A model generated the notes under the pieces. The model worked only from the letters and a program-made list of their open reading frames with translations. It had not been told where the DNA came from and ran no database searches. A DNA stretch of 64,000 nt, taken from Calditrichia bacterium (GTDB lineage Bacteria; Calditrichota; Calditrichia; JAJRVZ01). Position numbers and translations under genes: made by a program. How positions within the stretch are numbered: the stretch's first letter is position 1; each line of letters opens with the position of its first letter. This document shows positions 21,272 to 32,359 of this stretch, piece by piece. The DNA lies in contig CAWCNS010000012.1 of the NCBI GenBank assembly GCA_963796965.1, positions 73,923-137,922 on the forward strand. Direction: 5' to 3'.

Positions 21272-22270
21272 ATGAATCCAAAAAACACAGTTACTGCAAT
21301 TGCGAATGCAAATATTGCCCTGATAAAATATTGGGGTAAACGCGATAGTGCTCTAAATCTTCCTGCTGTCGGATCGATATCATTAACATTGGAATCATTA
21401 AAGACAAAAACACGGGTGTCTTATTGTTCAGAACTGGAAAATGACAAACTTTTCATCAATGATGTTCCCGCGACTGGAAAAGATTTGGATAGAGTTCAGA
21501 AGTATATGGCTATAATTCGGCAGAATTATCATATTGATCAATTTGCCCAAATAGATAGTCACAATAATTTTCCAACGGGTGCCGGGCTGGCATCATCAGC
21601 TTCAGCATTTGCCGCCCTAAGTCTGGCTGCCACTTCTGCGGCGGGTACTCATCTTTCCTCTAAAGATCTCTCTATTTTGTCTCGAAAAGGATCAGGTTCT
21701 GCAGCCCGTTCCGTTTATGGTGGTTTTGTAGAGATGAAACTAGGTACACGTTCGGATGGTGATGATGATTATGCCATACAATTAGAGCCGTCTACTTACT
21801 GGGATTTGCGTCTGTTGATCCTTGTTACATCGAGACAAAAAAAGAGTATTGGATCAACTGAGGCAATGCGTATATGTGCTGATACATCTCCCTATTATGG
21901 TAAATGGATAGAATCTTCCCATAATGATTTAAAATCAATGCGTGAAGCAATTAGATCAAAGGACTTTGAGTTGCTAGGTGACCTTGCGGAACATAATGCC
22001 CTAAAGATGCACTCGGTTATTATGAGTTCCAGGCCACCCGTCATATATTGGAACCGAATGACGATCGAACTTATCCATTATATTCAAAAAATACGTAAGG
22101 AGGGAATCCCTGCTTATTTTACTATTGATGCGGGTCCTCAAATAAAAGTTATAACGCTTCCTTCCCATGTATCAAAGCTTATAAAGAGGTTTAGTAAGGT
22201 TTCAGGAATTGAAGAAATCATCGAAAGTAAACTTGGTAAAGATGTCCGATTGAGGGAGGAAAGTCGTTGA
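21272..22270 (+). CDS. mvaD: Diphosphomevalonate decarboxylase
   Basis: NIALIKYWGK, FPTGAGLASSAS, GSGSAARS, FTIDAGP. Confidence 0.96.
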   Translation: MNPKNTVTAIANANIALIKYWGKRDSALNLPAVGSISLTLESLKTKTRVSYCSELENDKLFINDVPATGKDLDRVQKYMAIIRQNYHIDQFAQIDSHNNFPTGAGLASSASAFAALSLAATSAAGTHLSSKDLSILSRKGSGSAARSVYGGFVEMKLGTRSDGDDDYAIQLEPSTYWDLRLLILVTSRQKKSIGSTEAMRICADTSPYYGKWIESSHNDLKSMREAIRSKDFELLGDLAEHNALKMHSVIMSSRPPVIYWNRMTIELIHYIQKIRKEGIPAYFTIDAGPQIKVITLPSHVSKLIKRFSKVSGIEEIIESKLGKDVRLREESR

Positions 22271-23334
22271 GTATTCAGGTTAAAATACCCGGAAAATTAA
22301 TCCTTCTTGGAGAATACGCTGTTCTTGAAGGTGCCCGAGCTCTTGTAATGGCAGTAGACCGATATGTAAAAGTCTCTGTTCAGGAAAGAGAAGCGGCTAC
22401 TGATTACCAAATAAAGACCAATTTAAATCATACGCTATACCACTTTATGATTGATGAATCAGGAATGATTCAGCCTCATTCATCGGAGACAGATGTAACA
22501 CGAAATGAGATGAATTTTGCCTGTCAGGCTATCCAGGCAATTTGCAGACAGATTCTTGGAAGGGGAGGTACCATATCTCCATTTTCGATTGAGATTGACA
22601 CAAGACAATTCTACTTTAATGAGTCTCAAAAATTGGGACTTGGTTCAAGTGCATCCGTAATTGTTGCCATCATTCTGGCACTTGCAAAATTTTACCATGT
22701 TGATGAAGACTTATTTGTCAATGAAGGAGATCTGTTTGGATTTTGCCAGAAGATACATAAGATTGCCCAAGGCAATCGCGGAAGTGGAATAGATGTGGCT
22801 TCCAGTGTCTTTGGTGGGATTGTTGAATATTTGATGCCAAAGGCCAATCATGATATGTCCGCAAAATTTAGAGTGTATACATCTATGCCATTGGGTTTAT
22901 TCATGGTGCCAATCTGGACAGGCGTTTCATCATCCACCAGGAATTTACTAAAAAAAGTTGATGTATTTAGATCAGAGAACCCTGTTGAATTTGAATTAAT
23001 TATGGAGAAGATGACAAATTTATCCAATAATGGATGTAGGGCCTTTAAAAATTCCGATGTTAATACATTTCTTAATATTGTCTATGAATTTTATCATGTA
23101 TTATTGAAATTTACTCAGCGTAGTGGTGTACCCGTCATATCAGAAATACATAAAAATATTGCTGATATCGTTTATGATGCAGGTGGTATTTATAAACCAT
23201 CCGGCGCAGGTGAAGGTGATCTGGGAATCGCATTCTGTGATTCTCTGGATAAACTTTATTTTATAAAAGACAGTTTATCAAAAAATCAAATTCATACACT
23301 GGACCTTGAAATATCAACTTCAGGGATTCTCTAA
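22267..23334 (+). CDS. GHMP kinase, probable phosphomevalonate kinase
   Basis: PGKLILLGEYAVL, KLGLGSSAS, QGNRGSGIDVASS, KPSGAGEGD; lies in the mevalonate cluster. Confidence 0.85.
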   Translation: MSIQVKIPGKLILLGEYAVLEGARALVMAVDRYVKVSVQEREAATDYQIKTNLNHTLYHFMIDESGMIQPHSSETDVTRNEMNFACQAIQAICRQILGRGGTISPFSIEIDTRQFYFNESQKLGLGSSASVIVAIILALAKFYHVDEDLFVNEGDLFGFCQKIHKIAQGNRGSGIDVASSVFGGIVEYLMPKANHDMSAKFRVYTSMPLGLFMVPIWTGVSSSTRNLLKKVDVFRSENPVEFELIMEKMTNLSNNGCRAFKNSDVNTFLNIVYEFYHVLLKFTQRSGVPVISEIHKNIADIVYDAGGIYKPSGAGEGDLGIAFCDSLDKLYFIKDSLSKNQIHTLDLEISTSGIL

Positions 23335-23375
23335 TCAGGCAAAGATGCAAATTTTCTTTTAATGAAGGAAAAATT

Positions 23376-25634
23376 ATGGATCGGTCACGAATTCCGAAAT
23401 TTTACCAGGCTTCAATACCTGAAAGACTCGATATTTTACGTGAAAAAGGTATACTTAATCGCGAAGAATATATTCAGTTATTAAGTGGGGAAAATATTCT
23501 GGCTCCTGAGGCTGCAGATAGATTGATCGAAAATGTTATTGGTGTTTTTGGCTTGCCCATGGCTTTGGGATTAAATTTTATAATTAATGAAAAACCGTAT
23601 CTTATTCCCATGGTAGTTGAGGAACCGTCAATTGTTGCTGGTGTTAGCTCGGCTGCTAAGATAGTCCGTAATACAGGGGGATTTAGAAGTATAAGCGATG
23701 AGCCTGCTATTATTGGTCAAATTCAGATCGTAGATATTGAGCATCCCTCCAAAGCTCAACATGCCATTTTAGAGAATAAAACTGAAATACTAAATCTTGC
23801 CAATAGTCTTCATCCAAGGATGGTTGCCCGGGGTGGGGGAGCAAAAGACCTTGAGGTAATGATTCATACTGGTGCCTCACATCGGGGCGATATGGTTGTG
23901 GTACACTTGATTGTAGATACTCAGAATGCCATGGGTGCCAATCTTGTTAATAGTATGTGCGAGGGGGTTGCGTCCCTTATCGAAAAAATAAGCAATGGAA
24001 AAGTCTTTCTAAGAATCCTTTCAAATTTGACAGATAGATCGATGGTAAATGCCAGCTGTACAATTCCAACCAAATATCTCGAAGGTAAAGGATATACAGG
24101 GGAAGAGGCAAGAGATGGGATTATACTTGCCAATGAATTTGCCCTCGTTGATCCTTACCGGGCTACGACGCATAATAAAGGTATTATGAATGGAATTGAT
24201 GCCGTTGCCATCGCCACTGGCAATGACTGGCGGGCGATAGAGGCCTCAATTCATGCTTATGCGGCAAGGGGTAAATCCTATACAAGCTTGACGCACTGGG
24301 GAAAAAATAAGGACGGAGATCTGGTCGGCAGGCTGGATATTCCTCTGAAAGTTGGGACTGTGGGTGGACCATTGGAGTCAAATCCTTCAGTGGCCCTCGC
24401 CTATAAAATATTGAATGTTGAATCTGCTAAGGAATTAGCAGAAGTAATCGGAGCAGTTGGGTTAGCCCAGAATTTTGCTGCATTGCGTGCGCTCAGCACA
24501 GAAGGCATTCAACAGGGCCACATGACCCTGCATGCACGCAGTGTTACTATGGCTGCCGGGGCACCACCAGAAATTTTTGATGATGTGGTTGAACTCCTTG
24601 TTCAAAATGGTGATATCAAGATTTGGCGCGCTAAAGAAATTCTTGAAGAGATGTATAAAAAGGCTGAGAATGCCGGTGTCGTTGAGGTAGGTAAAAAATT
24701 AGAAAAAGCATCAAGTGGTTGTGGAAAAGTCATTTTGTTGGGTGAGCATTCGGTTGTTTATGGAAGCCATGCCATAGCCGCTCCCATTTGCCTTGCCATG
24801 CAGGCAAAGGTCTGGGATAGTAAAGAAGGGACCCATCTGCTCATTCCAAGATGGGGGGTTGAAGAAAAAATTCAATCGGGTGTCGAGCATAAATATTCTG
24901 TCTACAAATCGCTTGATATGATATTTGAAAAACTGGGACTTCAGGACCGGAATGTTAAGATTGAAGTTATCCCCCATGTACCAAGGGCAATGGGACTAGG
25001 GGGATCAGCGGCGTTAGCCGTTGCCATTATTCGTGCCTTAGATGAACATTTTCAACTCCACTTAAATGATGAGCAAGTTAATGTTTTGGCCTATGAATCT
25101 GAAATGCTCGCCCATGGAAATGCATCGGGGATCGATAATACATTGGCAACCTATGGCCGGTCAATAATGTTTAAAAGAGGAGATCCACCAGAACTGGAGG
25201 ATCTCAAGATTAGCGAAGATATTCCCATTGTGATCGGTTTGACCGGTGTTGAGAGCCTGACTGCTAAAATGGTGTCAAATGTCAGAAAGGCCTGGGAAAA
25301 TAACAAATCAATTTATGAACGTATATTTAAAGAAATTGATGATCTTGTTTTGCAGTCTGTTAAGGCGATTGAAAAAAACGATCTGCAACAGTTAGGCGAA
25401 TTAATGAACATCAATCAGGGATTGTTAAATGCTTTACAGGTATCGTCGCGTGAACTGGAAGAACTTATTGAAATATCACGGCGTAATGGTGCCCTGGGTG
25501 CAAAATTGACCGGAGCCGGAGGGGGAGGAGCCATGGTGGCTATTTGTCCTGAAGATGCGGAAAAAGTTGCTTATGCCATGAGGGCGGCTGGATATAAAGC
25601 ATTTGTTACAAAGATTGGGAAATCTGGGATGTGA
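23376..25634 (+). CDS. Class II HMG-CoA reductase fused to mevalonate kinase
   Basis: aa ~1-430: ENVIG, EEPSIVA, AMGAN, THNKGIMNG, GIQQGHMTLH. aa ~445-752: GKVILLGEHSVVYG, GLGGSAA, HGNASGID, GAKLTGAGGGG. Confidence 0.93.
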   Translation: MDRSRIPKFYQASIPERLDILREKGILNREEYIQLLSGENILAPEAADRLIENVIGVFGLPMALGLNFIINEKPYLIPMVVEEPSIVAGVSSAAKIVRNTGGFRSISDEPAIIGQIQIVDIEHPSKAQHAILENKTEILNLANSLHPRMVARGGGAKDLEVMIHTGASHRGDMVVVHLIVDTQNAMGANLVNSMCEGVASLIEKISNGKVFLRILSNLTDRSMVNASCTIPTKYLEGKGYTGEEARDGIILANEFALVDPYRATTHNKGIMNGIDAVAIATGNDWRAIEASIHAYAARGKSYTSLTHWGKNKDGDLVGRLDIPLKVGTVGGPLESNPSVALAYKILNVESAKELAEVIGAVGLAQNFAALRALSTEGIQQGHMTLHARSVTMAAGAPPEIFDDVVELLVQNGDIKIWRAKEILEEMYKKAENAGVVEVGKKLEKASSGCGKVILLGEHSVVYGSHAIAAPICLAMQAKVWDSKEGTHLLIPRWGVEEKIQSGVEHKYSVYKSLDMIFEKLGLQDRNVKIEVIPHVPRAMGLGGSAALAVAIIRALDEHFQLHLNDEQVNVLAYESEMLAHGNASGIDNTLATYGRSIMFKRGDPPELEDLKISEDIPIVIGLTGVESLTAKMVSNVRKAWENNKSIYERIFKEIDDLVLQSVKAIEKNDLQQLGELMNINQGLLNALQVSSRELEELIEISRRNGALGAKLTGAGGGGAMVAICPEDAEKVAYAMRAAGYKAFVTKIGKSGM

Positions 25635-25690
25635 TAAATTGAATAGCAGGGCAGAGACTTTTGTATTATAAATAGTGAAAGCAGGTTGGT

Positions 25691-26251
25691 ATGACGAATG
25701 ATAAAGTGGTTTCTTTTGACAATGAGATGCTTATCCTTGTCGATAATAAAGACAATATTCTTGACTATAAATCGAAAATTGATTGCCATCAGGGGGATGG
25801 CATTCTACACCGGGCTTTTTCGATCTTCATTTTTAATAATGATAAGGAATTAATCTTACAAAAACGCAGTCAGCAAAAATTGTTATGGCCTATGTATTGG
25901 TCTAATACCTGTTGTAGTCATCCACGGAAGGGGGAGGAAGTTGATGAAGCCATCCATCGACGGTTGATGGAGGAGATAGGATTTGATACGGAATTGAAAT
26001 ATCTTTATAAATTTAAATATCAGGCCCAATTCCTTGATGTCGGGGCAGAAAACGAATTATGTTCTGTCTTTATTGGCAAATCAAATGATACTGTACGCGT
26101 CAATGATAATGAAATCGCCGAATGGCGGTATATCAGCATTTCTGATCTGACTTCAGAGATTCTGGCGAATCCTCTCTCCTTTACACCCTGGTTTAAGATG
26201 GAATGGGAGCGATTGACTTCTCAGCATTTATCAGAAATAGAAGCGCTTTAA
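25691..26251 (+). CDS. idi: Isopentenyl-diphosphate delta-isomerase, type 1
   Basis: LHRAFSIFIF, WSNTCCSHP, ENE, FTPWF. Confidence 0.96.
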   Translation: MTNDKVVSFDNEMLILVDNKDNILDYKSKIDCHQGDGILHRAFSIFIFNNDKELILQKRSQQKLLWPMYWSNTCCSHPRKGEEVDEAIHRRLMEEIGFDTELKYLYKFKYQAQFLDVGAENELCSVFIGKSNDTVRVNDNEIAEWRYISISDLTSEILANPLSFTPWFKMEWERLTSQHLSEIEAL

Positions 26252-27948
26252 TATCCGGAAGCCTGTCCATCTTTTCTTGATTCAGAAGCACCCACATATA
26301 CCTTGTTCAGTTCATCATACATGATTGCCTGATAACCGCCATACCCCCCGGTATTAAACTGAACGACATGTCCCATTTTATCGAGCGCGCGCAGGGTTTC
26401 ATGTGCAAATCCGGTTTCCAGATAAACCCGGCCGCCATCAGTCATTTTCTGACCTGTGGGTTGAGAGGAGCCCACGTGTCTGATTCGTGGAGCATCACCG
26501 GCTTCCTGTAAGTTCATCCCAAAATCAATCATGTTTATCAAGATCTGCACGTGGCCCTGTGGCTGCATAGAACCACCCATGACGCCAAAACTTATATAAG
26601 GTTTACCATCTTTTGTTACAAAAGCCGGTATGATGGTGTGAAATGGACGTTTCCCAGGCTCATAGGTATTAAAGTGATCTTCTTCGAGAGTGAAAAGGTT
26701 ACCACGATCTTGAAGACAGAATCCTAATCCGTCCGGTGTCATACCTGATCCCATCCCACCGATAATTACTCTGGATAAAGGATACCATATTCCCCTCCTG
26801 ATCCGCGACGGTTAAGTAAATGGTATCACCACCATCGGGGGGAGCAATTCCGGCAGGGAAAGTTCTTCCGGCACGTTCCTTATTGATTAACTTCTTTCGC
26901 TCTACTGCATATTCTTTAGAAATTAAGTAATTGATTGGAATAGTGTTAAAATCCGGATCAGCATAAAATTTAGCCCGATCCTCATAAACAATTTTTTTGG
27001 ATTCCAGAAAATAATGAAGATGCTCTTTACTACCAAAACCATAAGATTTCAGATCATATTGTTCAAGAATGTTTAGAATTTGCAATGCAGCAATACCCTG
27101 GCCATTTGGCGGTAATTCCCAAATATCAAAACCACGGTAGTTGGTGGAAACCGGTTCAACCCAATCAGATTGATGGTTGGCCATATCCTCATAGGCAAGG
27201 AAGCCACCCTCCCGTTTCATATAAGCGGCAATCGTCTCTGGCAATGGGACCTTTATAAAAATAATCCCTGCCGTTCTTAGCGATACCCTCCAGGGTATTT
27301 GCTAAATTCGGATTTTTAAAAATCTGTCCCTTTACCGGTGCCTGTCCATCAATAGTGTACGTTTCTGTAAATCCCGGGTATTTCATTCGCGCTGATAGAT
27401 TCAGTTTCCAGGCATAGGCAATAACTTCACTCAAGCGGAAATCCTTCCCGAGCATAGTTAATTGCCGGGTTAAGAATATCGGACATGGCAAGCTTGCCAA
27501 ATTTATTATGCAGTTCAAACCAACCGTCCACACAGCCAGGAACAGATACGGGTAACGGTCCTAGAGCTGGAATGGTTGTATAGCCATTCTTTAAAAAGTA
27601 ATCTATCGTAAGAGTGGACGGAGATCGACCACTGGCATTAAGGCCATATAATTTTTGTGATTTTGCATCCCAGACGATAGCAAAGAGATCCCCTCCTATG
27701 CCACAACCGGTTGGTTCCATTAATCCTAAAGCGGCATTGGCCGCAATGGCAGCATCTACAGCAGATCCTCCCATTTTTAGGATATCGAGAGCAATCTGTG
27801 TTGCCAGGGGTTGACTCGTTGCTGCCATGCCATTTTTCGCAATGACCTCAGAGCGGGTTGTAAAGGATCTGTCAGTAATTCTGTCACTACTTATTACCGA
27901 AAGGGGAATTAAAACAAAAAACATCAATGCCGTTAAAAATTCGTCCAT
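26248..27948 (-). CDS. ggt: Gamma-glutamyltransferase (split by three indels)
   Basis: Four consecutive ORF pieces with GGSAVDAAIA, EPTGCGIGGD, ELPPNGQG, DTIYLTVAD (nucleophile Thr), KRPFHTIIP, GVMGGSMQPQGH. Confidence 0.93.
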
Positions 27949-28022
27949 TTGGTTCTCCTTTATTATCGCCAGTTGGTGTGAAAAAGATTTAAATAAGATA
28001 TGGATCTTAATAATAATTTATC

Positions 28023-28124
28023 GGGCGAACACACCCCGTAGAACGGGGTCTTCGACGCGGTACGCCCCTATATTAAACTAAATATGTGTTTATGAGCGTA
28101 GGGGCAGACCCATGTGTCTGCCCT
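28023..28124. repeat. Two oppositely oriented GTAGGGGC-family REPs; the first carries a 24-nt internal hairpin insert
   Basis: GGGCGAACAC[ACCCCGTAGAACGGGGTCTTCGAC]GCGGTACGCCCCTA and GTAGGGGCAGACCCATGTGTCTGCCCT. Confidence 0.75.
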
Positions 28125-28363
28125 GATTAATTTTAAACCTGCCCTAACTAAATTTTCAACCGCCCTGAGCATATTTTGCCCATCTTATAATTTTTTCTCC
28201 GTGTGATCGAGATGATATAACTTATCTCTAATATAACATTGGATTTCCAAATGTAAAGAAAACATCCTAATTATTCATCAATATATATTTCGAATTTCTT
28301 TTTACTTTTGCCTTTTTACTTTTTACTTTTGAAAATCTATTACCTAACAATAAGAGGTCTAAA

Positions 28364-30088
28364 ATGAATTTAATACAGAGATGTTCACTTTTTTTCATAT
28401 CACGTAAATGTAACGGCGCGATTAATCGCGTCGCTACATTTACCACCATAAGTTTTTTAATGTTACTCTTGATAACGATGTTATCTTGTCAGCAGGGAGA
28501 CAATAAAGAATTACGGATAACTCAGAGCCATGTGAAAAATGCAGAAAAAATAATCGGTCTCACCTTTAGTGAATCGGAACGAGATTCCATGTTAAAAAAC
28601 CTGGATGAGGAGTTGCAGAATTATGAAAAAATTCGTGATATCCCCATTCCAAATGAATTAGCTCCTGCACTTATATTTGATCCAAAACCAATCGGATTTA
28701 AACTCAAACAAGGTGAGTCCTCATTTAAACCAGGCTATTCAAGCAAAGCAAAATTACCAGAGAATAGGGATGATCTGGCCTTTTACAGTATCCAGGATCT
28801 GGCCTTTCTAATACGTACACAGCAAATATCTTCCCTGGAGTTAACCCGTTTTTTTCTGGAAAGACTTAAGAAATATGATACAAAATTGCATTGTGTCATA
28901 ACGCTAACTGAAGAATTAGCATTAAAAGAAGCAGTCCAGGCTGATAAAGATATTGCGGAAGGGAATTATAAGGGGCTGCTGCATGGCATACCCTATGGCA
29001 TAAAAGATCTTTTTGCTGTTGCCGGTTATAAAACAACCTGGGGCGCCACGCCCTACAAAGATCAAATTATTTCTCAGGATGCAACGGTGGTAAAAAAATT
29101 ACGGGATGCTGGAGCGGTATTATTAGCAAAACTAACTCTGGGGGCGCTTGCCTGGGGAGATGTATGGTTTGGTGGGAAAACGCGTAATCCCTGGGATTTG
29201 GAACAAGGCTCCAGTGGCTCATCTGCGGGTTCAGCTTCAGCGACAGCAGCAGGCCTGGTACCTTTCGCGATTGGAACCGAGACCTGGGGATCCATTGTAT
29301 CACCTTCCACCAGGTGTGGGACCAGTGGCTTACGACCGACTTTCGGCCGGGTGAGCAGGGCAGGGGCGATGGCATTGAGTTGGTCTATGGATAAAATTGG
29401 ACCGATCTGTCGGTCGGTAGAGGACTGTGCGATTGTTTTTAATGCCATATATGGATTTGATGCGCAAGATCAATCAACTGTAGATGTACCCTTTGAATAT
29501 TCACCGGGCCTGGCATTAAAAAAACTTCGCGTGGGGTATTTAAAATCTGCCTTTGAAGAGGATTATGATAATAGGGAGAATGATCAGCAGGCGTTAGATA
29601 AAATACGAAAATTGGGTTTTGATCTGATTGAAATAAGTCTTCCAGATATTCCTGTTTATGCCATGTCCTTCATACTGAGTGCTGAAGCAGCAGCGGCTTT
29701 TGATGAATTAACGCGATCCGGAAAAGATGATCTACTGGTCAGACAAATTAAAAATGCCTGGCCTAATGCGTTTCGTTCAGCAAGATTTATCCCTGCTGTG
29801 GAATATATTCAGGCTAACCGTCTCCGTCAAAAGTTAATACAGGAAATGCATAAAGTGATGACAGATATTGATTTATATATTGCACCTTCTTTTGGTGGTG
29901 GGAATCTTCTTTTAACAAACCTATCCGGACATCCATGTGTCGTAATGCCAAATGGTTTTGATAAAGAAGGTCACCCGGGAAGTATTAGTTTTACCGGCCG
30001 TTTATATGAAGAAGGGCAGTTATTAGCTTTTGCCAGAATGTATCAGGAATCAACAGATTTTCATTTGCAGCATCCGGTAGATTTTTAG
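28364..30088 (+). CDS. Amidase-signature family protein, probable lipoprotein
   Basis: LHGIPYGIKD, GSSGSSAGSA, AIGTETWGSI; hydrophobic stretch ending MLSC. Confidence 0.9.
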   Translation: MNLIQRCSLFFISRKCNGAINRVATFTTISFLMLLLITMLSCQQGDNKELRITQSHVKNAEKIIGLTFSESERDSMLKNLDEELQNYEKIRDIPIPNELAPALIFDPKPIGFKLKQGESSFKPGYSSKAKLPENRDDLAFYSIQDLAFLIRTQQISSLELTRFFLERLKKYDTKLHCVITLTEELALKEAVQADKDIAEGNYKGLLHGIPYGIKDLFAVAGYKTTWGATPYKDQIISQDATVVKKLRDAGAVLLAKLTLGALAWGDVWFGGKTRNPWDLEQGSSGSSAGSASATAAGLVPFAIGTETWGSIVSPSTRCGTSGLRPTFGRVSRAGAMALSWSMDKIGPICRSVEDCAIVFNAIYGFDAQDQSTVDVPFEYSPGLALKKLRVGYLKSAFEEDYDNRENDQQALDKIRKLGFDLIEISLPDIPVYAMSFILSAEAAAAFDELTRSGKDDLLVRQIKNAWPNAFRSARFIPAVEYIQANRLRQKLIQEMHKVMTDIDLYIAPSFGGGNLLLTNLSGHPCVVMPNGFDKEGHPGSISFTGRLYEEGQLLAFARMYQESTDFHLQHPVDF

Positions 30089-30182
30089 TAAGATGGAAAC
30101 GGGTGTATGTAATGTAAATTGGATGGTTTTAGATTAGCACTACAGGGTTAATGCAAAAGGTCTAACTGGATTCCTCCTTAGA

Positions 30183-30311
30183 AGGGGCTGTTGCAGATTA
30201 GGTTCATTGGCACAATTTATTAGAATTGCATGATCTGTCTCCTCCTTGAGAAAGGGGGACTAATCCCGTCATACGGAGATCTAATCCCCTTTCGAAGGGG
30301 AGGGGGATGTT
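30183..30311. repeat. Diverged copy of the GGGGCTGTTGCAG...CCCCTTT-AAGGGG element
   Basis: Shares its left end AAGGGGCTGTTGCAG and right end ATCTAATCCCCTTTCGAAGGGGAGGGGGATGT with 48897-48997 and 50915-51015. Confidence 0.65.
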
Positions 30312-30436
30312 TATACATAACTTATATTAAAAATCTTATATAATCTTAACTTCAATTACCAATTACCAATTACTATTTACTAATCCCCAATTCCGAATTA
30401 CAAATTCCTAATACCTGAAACATAAGCCAGATTTAT

Positions 30437-32359
30437 CTAACTGGTGCTAATTTTATGCCCGGGTAGGCGAACATCACCTTTGCGTCGGGTAAATCCTTCA
30501 GCATCAAGATATTCAAAAAGAGGAATGGCATATTTTCGGGTTGTATTGATGAAGGTTTTTAAATCGGCAACAGGCATCTCTTCATGATTTTGAAAATAGT
30601 TTTGGAGGTGATTTATAATATCATTCCAGCAGGTTTGATGAAGATAAAAATCCTGCATGATATGAATGAGACGATTCTCCTTGATTAGAAGATTGGCTAC
30701 TGACCGTATCTCGGCCGGGGACATCTCCAGGTCATAGGAGATATCTGTTAGAGACGGCGGAGAATAACGCGCCTCAATAAATCTTTTTTCAATAGCATCC
30801 TTCACTTCATCTACGTTTTTACTAACTTTTATTTTAAATTCTTTTAAGGAATAAAACTGGTTTTCCATTTTCAAAGTATTATTGTTGATTAGTTTTTTCA
30901 GAGCAGCTTCAATAATTTCCGATGATATCCATGATTGATGGGAATGACTTAACAGGGTCTGTGTATTAATTCCAGGCAAGTGGCTGTTTTGTTGGTGAAA
31001 TTCTTCAATTTGAGATTTTAATATGTTAACAAGCCTATCAAAGTTTTCTTCAAGTATATAATGGGAGGTTCCCTTGATTTGAAGAATACGTATCTTTTTT
31101 TGTTTTATTAAACTATCAATATATCTTTTTATAATGTCATTATTTTGAAATAATTTTTGCCCTAGGAAGGCCAGAGAGACTGGTGTAAGGTACAACCGCT
31201 GTAGTATCGAGGTGAGAACATCAAGATCATCACCATCTACCATTGTCTTAAAATAGGCTTGCCATTCGCTCTCATTATGATGGATTTTTGGCGGATTGAT
31301 CTCTAAAATCCTTCCACCTGCTAGGGTGATAACCGGAGAATTGAGTCGTATAAGAAATGCGTCATTTCTTGCTGCTGCAATGGGTGATTCAAGAACAACT
31401 CTAACATGATATTTCGAACGCTCATTTAAATACTTTGATTTTTCATACCAGATTAATCGTCCAATATTTTCTGCTGTCCCGGTATAGATGCGAACATTAC
31501 TTCTATTGCCAATCTTGATAGGAATATTGGAAACGGTGGTCAATACGCCGCTAAACTCATTTGTGCTGGTCAAAGAATCTGGTTTTATAAGAACATCTCC
31601 TCTTGCGATGTCAGTTTTTGAAATTCCCTGAAGGTTTATTGCCGCCCGGTCTCCGGCAATCACTGATTCAGTTTCATGACCATGTGCCTGTAATCCACGA
31701 ACATTCTTCAATATACCAGAGGGTAATACTTGAATCTCTTCTCCCTTGGAAAGGTTACCCGAAAGGACTGTGCCGGTGACAACAGTCCCAAATCCCTTTA
31801 TTACAAAAGACCGGTCAACCAGATGACGAAAAGGCTGCGAAGATTCTGATTCACTCTGCTCTTGAATTTTTTGATTAACAATATCGCCAAGTTTCTCAAT
31901 ATTGTGGTTTGTGCCAGCAGAAACAGAAATAATTGGCGAGGATTGGAGATTATATTTTTCTAATAATTGTGAGACCTCATCTTCTATCAATGCCAACCAT
32001 TCTTCGTCTACAAGGTCAGTTTTATTAATAACAACAATGCCATCTCTTACATTGAAAAAATTAAGGATATCCAGATGTTCAATCGTTTGAGGCATAATCC
32101 CATCATCTGCAGCAATAACCAACATGAAAAAATCGATGGTGCTGACACCAGCAACCATATTGCGAATAAATTTTTCATGGCCTGGTACATCTAGTATCGT
32201 TACATCATCCCGCCAATAAGCAAATCCTATATCAATAGTAATACCACGCTCTTTTTCTTCTTTTAACCGATCTGCGTCAATACCGGTTAATGCCTTGATA
32301 ACAGCTGTCTTGCCATGATCTATATGACCGGCGGTACCGATAATTGTGTGCTTTTTCAT
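30437..32359 (-). CDS. selB: Selenocysteine-specific elongation factor
   Basis: [28 protein letters not shown]-terminal winged helix [14 protein letters not shown]. Confidence 0.97.
   Translation of the reverse strand: MKKHTIIGTAGHIDHGKTAVIKALTGIDADRLKEEKERGITIDIGFAYWRDDVTILDVPGHEKFIRNMVAGVSTIDFFMLVIAADDGIMPQTIEHLDILNFFNVRDGIVVINKTDLVDEEWLALIEDEVSQLLEKYNLQSSPIISVSAGTNHNIEKLGDIVNQKIQEQSESESSQPFRHLVDRSFVIKGFGTVVTGTVLSGNLSKGEEIQVLPSGILKNVRGLQAHGHETESVIAGDRAAINLQGISKTDIARGDVLIKPDSLTSTNEFSGVLTTVSNIPIKIGNRSNVRIYTGTAENIGRLIWYEKSKYLNERSKYHVRVVLESPIAAARNDAFLIRLNSPVITLAGGRILEINPPKIHHNESEWQAYFKTMVDGDDLDVLTSILQRLYLTPVSLAFLGQKLFQNNDIIKRYIDSLIKQKKIRILQIKGTSHYILEENFDRLVNILKSQIEEFHQQNSHLPGINTQTLLSHSHQSWISSEIIEAALKKLINNNTLKMENQFYSLKEFKIKVSKNVDEVKDAIEKRFIEARYSPPSLTDISYDLEMSPAEIRSVANLLIKENRLIHIMQDFYLHQTCWNDIINHLQNYFQNHEEMPVADLKTFINTTRKYAIPLFEYLDAEGFTRRKGDVRLPGHKISTS

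Noticed and set aside
26248..27948. ggt and other split genes as true pseudogenes
   Set aside because: Catalytic motifs are intact and the same indel pattern affects essential genes such as dnaE.
28364..30088. GatA subunit of the Glu-tRNA amidotransferase
   Set aside because: It has an export/lipoprotein signal, GTETWGS instead of GSDTGGS, and no adjacent gatB or gatC.
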